Source: Pusillimonas sp. (lineage in GTDB: Bacteria; Pseudomonadota; Gammaproteobacteria; Burkholderiales; Burkholderiaceae_B). Taken from it: a stretch of DNA of 64,000 bases. Of the stretch, positions 61,183-64,000 are shown one piece after another. The translations under genes and the position numbers were made by a program. Location of the stretch: assembly GCA_044464765.1 (NCBI GenBank), contig JBIQKZ010000019.1, forward strand, positions 4,759-68,758. The letters are read 5' to 3'. The notes below the pieces were generated by a model. That model saw nothing but the letters and a program-made list of their open reading frames with translations. It was not told where the DNA came from and did no database searches. Every line of letters starts with the position of its first letter. Within the stretch, counting starts at the first letter, position 1.

Positions 61183-61482
61183 TTAGGGACAGAAAATAGT
61201 CTTGAGTGTGGCAATGAGGGTGGCGACGTCCGGGTTGTCGATCTGGTAATGCAGTGTCTGTGCCTCTCGGCGGAACGTCACCAAGCCTTCCTCGCGCATC
61301 TTGGCCAAATGCTGGGACAGCGCGGATTGGCTCAAGGGTACATATTCATGCAGCGCTCCTACCGTCATTTCCCCATGCTCGATCAGTAGGCAGAGAATCA
61401 ACAAGCGGTGCTCATTGCCGACGGTTCGCAACATGGCAGCCGCCTGGGCTGCTCCCTCCTGCAGGAACTGCTTGTCTTTCAT
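61183..61482 (-). CDS. ArsR/SmtB-family regulator (YgaV/BigR-like)
   Basis: Winged HTH LRTVGNEHRLLILCLLIEHGEMTVGALHEYVPLSQSALSQHLAKMREEGLV, with Cys residues at LILCLL and the C-terminal FCP. Confidence 0.85.
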   Translation of the reverse strand: MKDKQFLQEGAAQAAAMLRTVGNEHRLLILCLLIEHGEMTVGALHEYVPLSQSALSQHLAKMREEGLVTFRREAQTLHYQIDNPDVATLIATLKTIFCP

Positions 61483-61510
61483 TGTCACAATCACAATTTA
61501 TTTCGTATTT

Positions 61511-61523
61511 TGCTAATTTAGCA
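61511..61523. promoter_or_regulatory. Palindrome TGCTAA-T-TTAGCA in the divergent arsR-like / MBL promoter region (operator candidate)
   Basis: Perfect 6-bp arms with AT-rich flanks (attt / taaa) that partly extend the symmetry. A second palindrome, ATTGT-N7-ACAAT, lies at 61481-61497 and overlaps the regulator start. Confidence 0.45.
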
Positions 61524-61569
61524 TAAACTAATTTACATTCAAGACTCTGCACCCCTGCACGGACAAACT

Positions 61570-62442
61570 ATGCCTCTCGCCGCTGATATTCACTCCTTCT
61601 TCGATGAAATTACCAACACGGTGAGCTATCTCGTTTCCGACCCATCCACCCGCCAAGCCGCCATCATTGATCCGGTGCTGGATTACGACCACCGCAGTGG
61701 CAAGGCTTCCACCACCTCGGCTGATCGCATACTAGCCGCCGCCCATGTGCGTGAACTGCAGATTGCATGGATTCTTGAGACCCATGCGCATGCGGATCAT
61801 CTGAGCGCAGCGCCTTACCTCAAAACTCGCACAGGTGCACCTGTCGCTATTGGTGAGCACATTCGCGACGTGCAGCAGATTTTCCGTCCAGTGTTTAATT
61901 TAGACGATGTTTCCGGCGATGGCAGCGAGTTCGACCGACTGTTTCGCGATGGCGAAACCTTTCATATCGGTGCACTGACCGTAGAGGTTATGCACACGCC
62001 AGGCCATACGCCTGCCTGCGTGTCCTACCGTATCGGCGACGCCGTGTTCGTGGGGGATACCTTGTTCATGCCGGATTACGGCACGGCTCGCACCGACTTT
62101 CCAGGCGGTAGCGCATACATGCTGTACCTGTCGATTCGTCGGCTTCTGACGTTGCCGCCAGAAACGCGTCTGTTCATGTGCCACGACTACAGGGCTCTGG
62201 GGCGCACCGAGTATGCGTGGGAGTCGACCGTTGCCGAGCAGTGTCAGAGCAATGTGCATGTGCACGATGGCGTGGGCGCCGAGGCATTCACCGAGATGCG
62301 CCAGTCTCGCGATGCTACACTTCCGGCCCCCACGTTGCTGCTGCCTTCCATTCAGGTCAACATTCGTGCGGGCCGCTTGCCGGAGTCTGAATCCAACGGT
62401 GTGCGCTATCTCAAGATTCCCGTCAGTTTGGCCGAGGGATAG
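61570..62442 (+). CDS. MBL-fold hydrolase, persulfide-dioxygenase-like (Blh/ETHE1 type)
   Basis: Metal motif ETHAHADH, then HTPGHTP and a C-terminal extension. It is divergent from an ArsR/rhodanese pair, as in the bigR-blh and ygaVP contexts. Confidence 0.78.
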   Translation: MPLAADIHSFFDEITNTVSYLVSDPSTRQAAIIDPVLDYDHRSGKASTTSADRILAAAHVRELQIAWILETHAHADHLSAAPYLKTRTGAPVAIGEHIRDVQQIFRPVFNLDDVSGDGSEFDRLFRDGETFHIGALTVEVMHTPGHTPACVSYRIGDAVFVGDTLFMPDYGTARTDFPGGSAYMLYLSIRRLLTLPPETRLFMCHDYRALGRTEYAWESTVAEQCQSNVHVHDGVGAEAFTEMRQSRDATLPAPTLLLPSIQVNIRAGRLPESESNGVRYLKIPVSLAEG

Positions 62443-62623
62443 GCCAGCTTCCTATTTTGGCTGTGATCGAGCGATAGGGTAAAGCGGCGAGAGACGGTGC
62501 GGCTGAGGTGGCAAGTATCAGCCTCCCAGCTGGGAATGCCACCTGCTTCTATTGCGACCGAGTACGTTACAGAAGATGTACGTTCAAATAATATAGAGGG
62601 CAATTGGCACTGAGCGACACATT

Positions 62624-62731
62624 AGGAGAAACGACGAAAAGGTGGATGTGGCGACGCTGATTCCACACATGCTGGAGCGGTTCATGGCGGGGGACAGGGG
62701 TTTTAGGAGGGTTGTTTCAAGCTATCCATAA
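62624..62731 (+). pseudogene. Remnant 3' end of a second, diverged DUF2274 gene
   Basis: It translates to ...EKVDVATLIPHMLERFMAGDRGFRRVVSSYP*, against ...GETVSTVTLIPHMLGAFMAGDRGFRRGGEW... in the intact gene. There is no start codon or N-terminal part. 47 of 59 aligned nt are identical (manual count). Confidence 0.7.
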
Positions 62732-64000
62732 ATCGTCTGGGCCGAGATAGCTAAGATCGACATCTCCAGGTGAGTAACGCGTTAGGGAGGCTCGGATGAC
62801 GCCTCTGTGGTTAGGGTTGAGCGGATGCTGAAGAACCCCCAATTGTGAGCCGTTTTCGGACAATACGACTGGTTGACCTTCCCAATGGCCGAGTGCCACC
62901 GGAGTTTGAGGTGGCGGGGGCGCATCATACCAACGGACGTGGGCTTGATAGCGTCGCTCAGTCCACACGTGGTGTTTGTCGGGCAAAAAATTCTGCGTAA
63001 AGTCTAGCCATAGCGTCCTTGTTTCAGCGTTAGGCCAGTCGGCCTGTGCAGTGAAAGCCGCTACGATTGGTCCTTGTAGCCAAGCGCGGAATTGTAGGCC
63101 GGTTGTGAAGTTTGCATTGGTATCAGACACCACCTTGATAGCGGCGAGCCGAGAACTGAAGCCGGCCTGCATCAGGATGGAAGCGGAACGACTCATTGTT
63201 CCCGTTTCCACTGCGGGCACAGCCAAGCCAAGTTCATAGTCATCTAATTTTGATCCGTCCTCGCCTACCACGTCCCCATTCGCAATGGCACGGACCCGCA
63301 ACGCTTCCAGTGCCCATGGCAAGTGGTAGACCAGGCCATTTTCAATGAACCGCAGCGTACTGGCTTCGTGCCCTGCAACAAGTTCTATGAGTGATTGGCC
63401 CGACAGCCAGCAACGTAGAACATCTCTCCAGTTATCTGGTAACGGATCTGGTATGAAGGGGTGGAAGGTGAAAACACGCTCTGCGATGGCGGTGATCGCC
63501 TGAATGGCGCTTTCGGTGTTAGACGCGAGGAGCGCGCTATTAGCCTGAATTAGCAAGAGGTTCGCTTCGGGTGCCACAGCATCGAGGGCATGGCCCGCTT
63601 CAAGCCCCAAGCCAGCCAAGAAATAGCCTCGACGAGTAGCCGATGTGGAACGCGCCCAGATGTAGCGGCTACGAGTTAGCAGCGTGGTTTTAAGGCTTTG
63701 CTGAGAAGCAGTGTCCATCCGCAAGAGGCGCCTTTGCCACAAAGACGACTGCAAAATCGAATCAAGTGCCATCTCGATCCCTTCATCGGGGACATCTCCT
63801 TCCCCGATCAAGCTGAGGATTGCTGTATCGAGGGTCGCGATATTGCGTTGCCATTCCTTCAACGCGCGTTCACGCTTGTCAGGTTTTTCGTCGGTGACTT
63901 CGGGGAAGGTCCATGCATCGGCATTGTTGACAACATAGTCGAGCAGATGATTGAGGTCGCCGCCGACGCTGGCATGCATGCGCAAAAGCAAGGATCCAAT
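62717..64000 (-). CDS. C-terminal 427+ codons of a large protein, possibly a Ski2/Hel308-like SF2 helicase tail. The 5' part lies outside the window
   Basis: The frame stays open to the window edge. Segments RCWLSGQSLIELVAGHEASTLRFIENGLVYHLPWALEALRV and GTMSRSASILMQAGFSSRLAAIKVV resemble ratchet and helix-hairpin-helix regions of Hel308-type helicases. That resemblance is a weak, by-eye judgement. Confidence 0.4.
   Translation of the reverse strand: MGSLLLRMHASVGGDLNHLLDYVVNNADAWTFPEVTDEKPDKRERALKEWQRNIATLDTAILSLIGEGDVPDEGIEMALDSILQSSLWQRRLLRMDTASQQSLKTTLLTRSRYIWARSTSATRRGYFLAGLGLEAGHALDAVAPEANLLLIQANSALLASNTESAIQAITAIAERVFTFHPFIPDPLPDNWRDVLRCWLSGQSLIELVAGHEASTLRFIENGLVYHLPWALEALRVRAIANGDVVGEDGSKLDDYELGLAVPAVETGTMSRSASILMQAGFSSRLAAIKVVSDTNANFTTGLQFRAWLQGPIVAAFTAQADWPNAETRTLWLDFTQNFLPDKHHVWTERRYQAHVRWYDAPPPPQTPVALGHWEGQPVVLSENGSQLGVLQHPLNPNHRGVIRASLTRYSPGDVDLSYLGPDDLWIA

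Overview
Almost the whole window is one partial integrative conjugative element (ICE) from a GC-rich proteobacterium. I recognise its backbone as the Tn4371 / ICEMlSymR7A type. Backbone block 1 (1-11256) holds a ParB-like gene (5' truncated by the window), radC, DUF736, XRE, DUF2958, DUF2285, an excisionase-type HTH gene, repA, parA, an RHH gene, DUF2840, traF and the relaxase. Backbone block 2 (47177-60536) holds a LysR gene, an EexN-like lipoprotein gene, traG, an RHH gene, trbBCDEJLFGI and DUF2274. About 36 kb of cargo sits between the two blocks. Cargo module 1 (11271-21167) is ordinary: regulators, oxidoreductases and two MFS pumps. Cargo module 2 (21214-47091) is unusual. It is a coherent periplasmic redox and respiration island with these parts: a complete System I cytochrome c maturation operon (ccmABCDEFGHI); trxB-trxA; a CPC-type P1B ATPase; a CcoP-less cbb3-type oxidase (ccoNO) in one operon with a dihaem cytochrome c and a TsdA-like thiosulfate dehydrogenase; an OmpR-type two-component system; and a long operon of dsbD, two tlpA paralogues, dsbG, tauE, an FAD disulfide reductase, DUF302, a DsrE-like gene and lnt. 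Three identically built CTTAAx-N5-CTTAAT direct repeats each point into one of the three big operons, which suggests a single regulon. Downstream of DUF2274, a 2.1 kb ygaV/ygaP-like plus persulfide-dioxygenase-like module is bracketed by a diverged duplication of the DUF2274 3' end. After it comes the 3' part of a large helicase-like gene that runs off the window. Downstream of repA there is an oriV-like arrangement of DnaA-box-like sites, three 19-bp direct repeats and an AT-rich tract. I saw no tRNA, rRNA, CRISPR array, IS element or transposase, and no integrase or att site lies in the window. All family assignments rest on reading motifs and on memory, because no searches were run.
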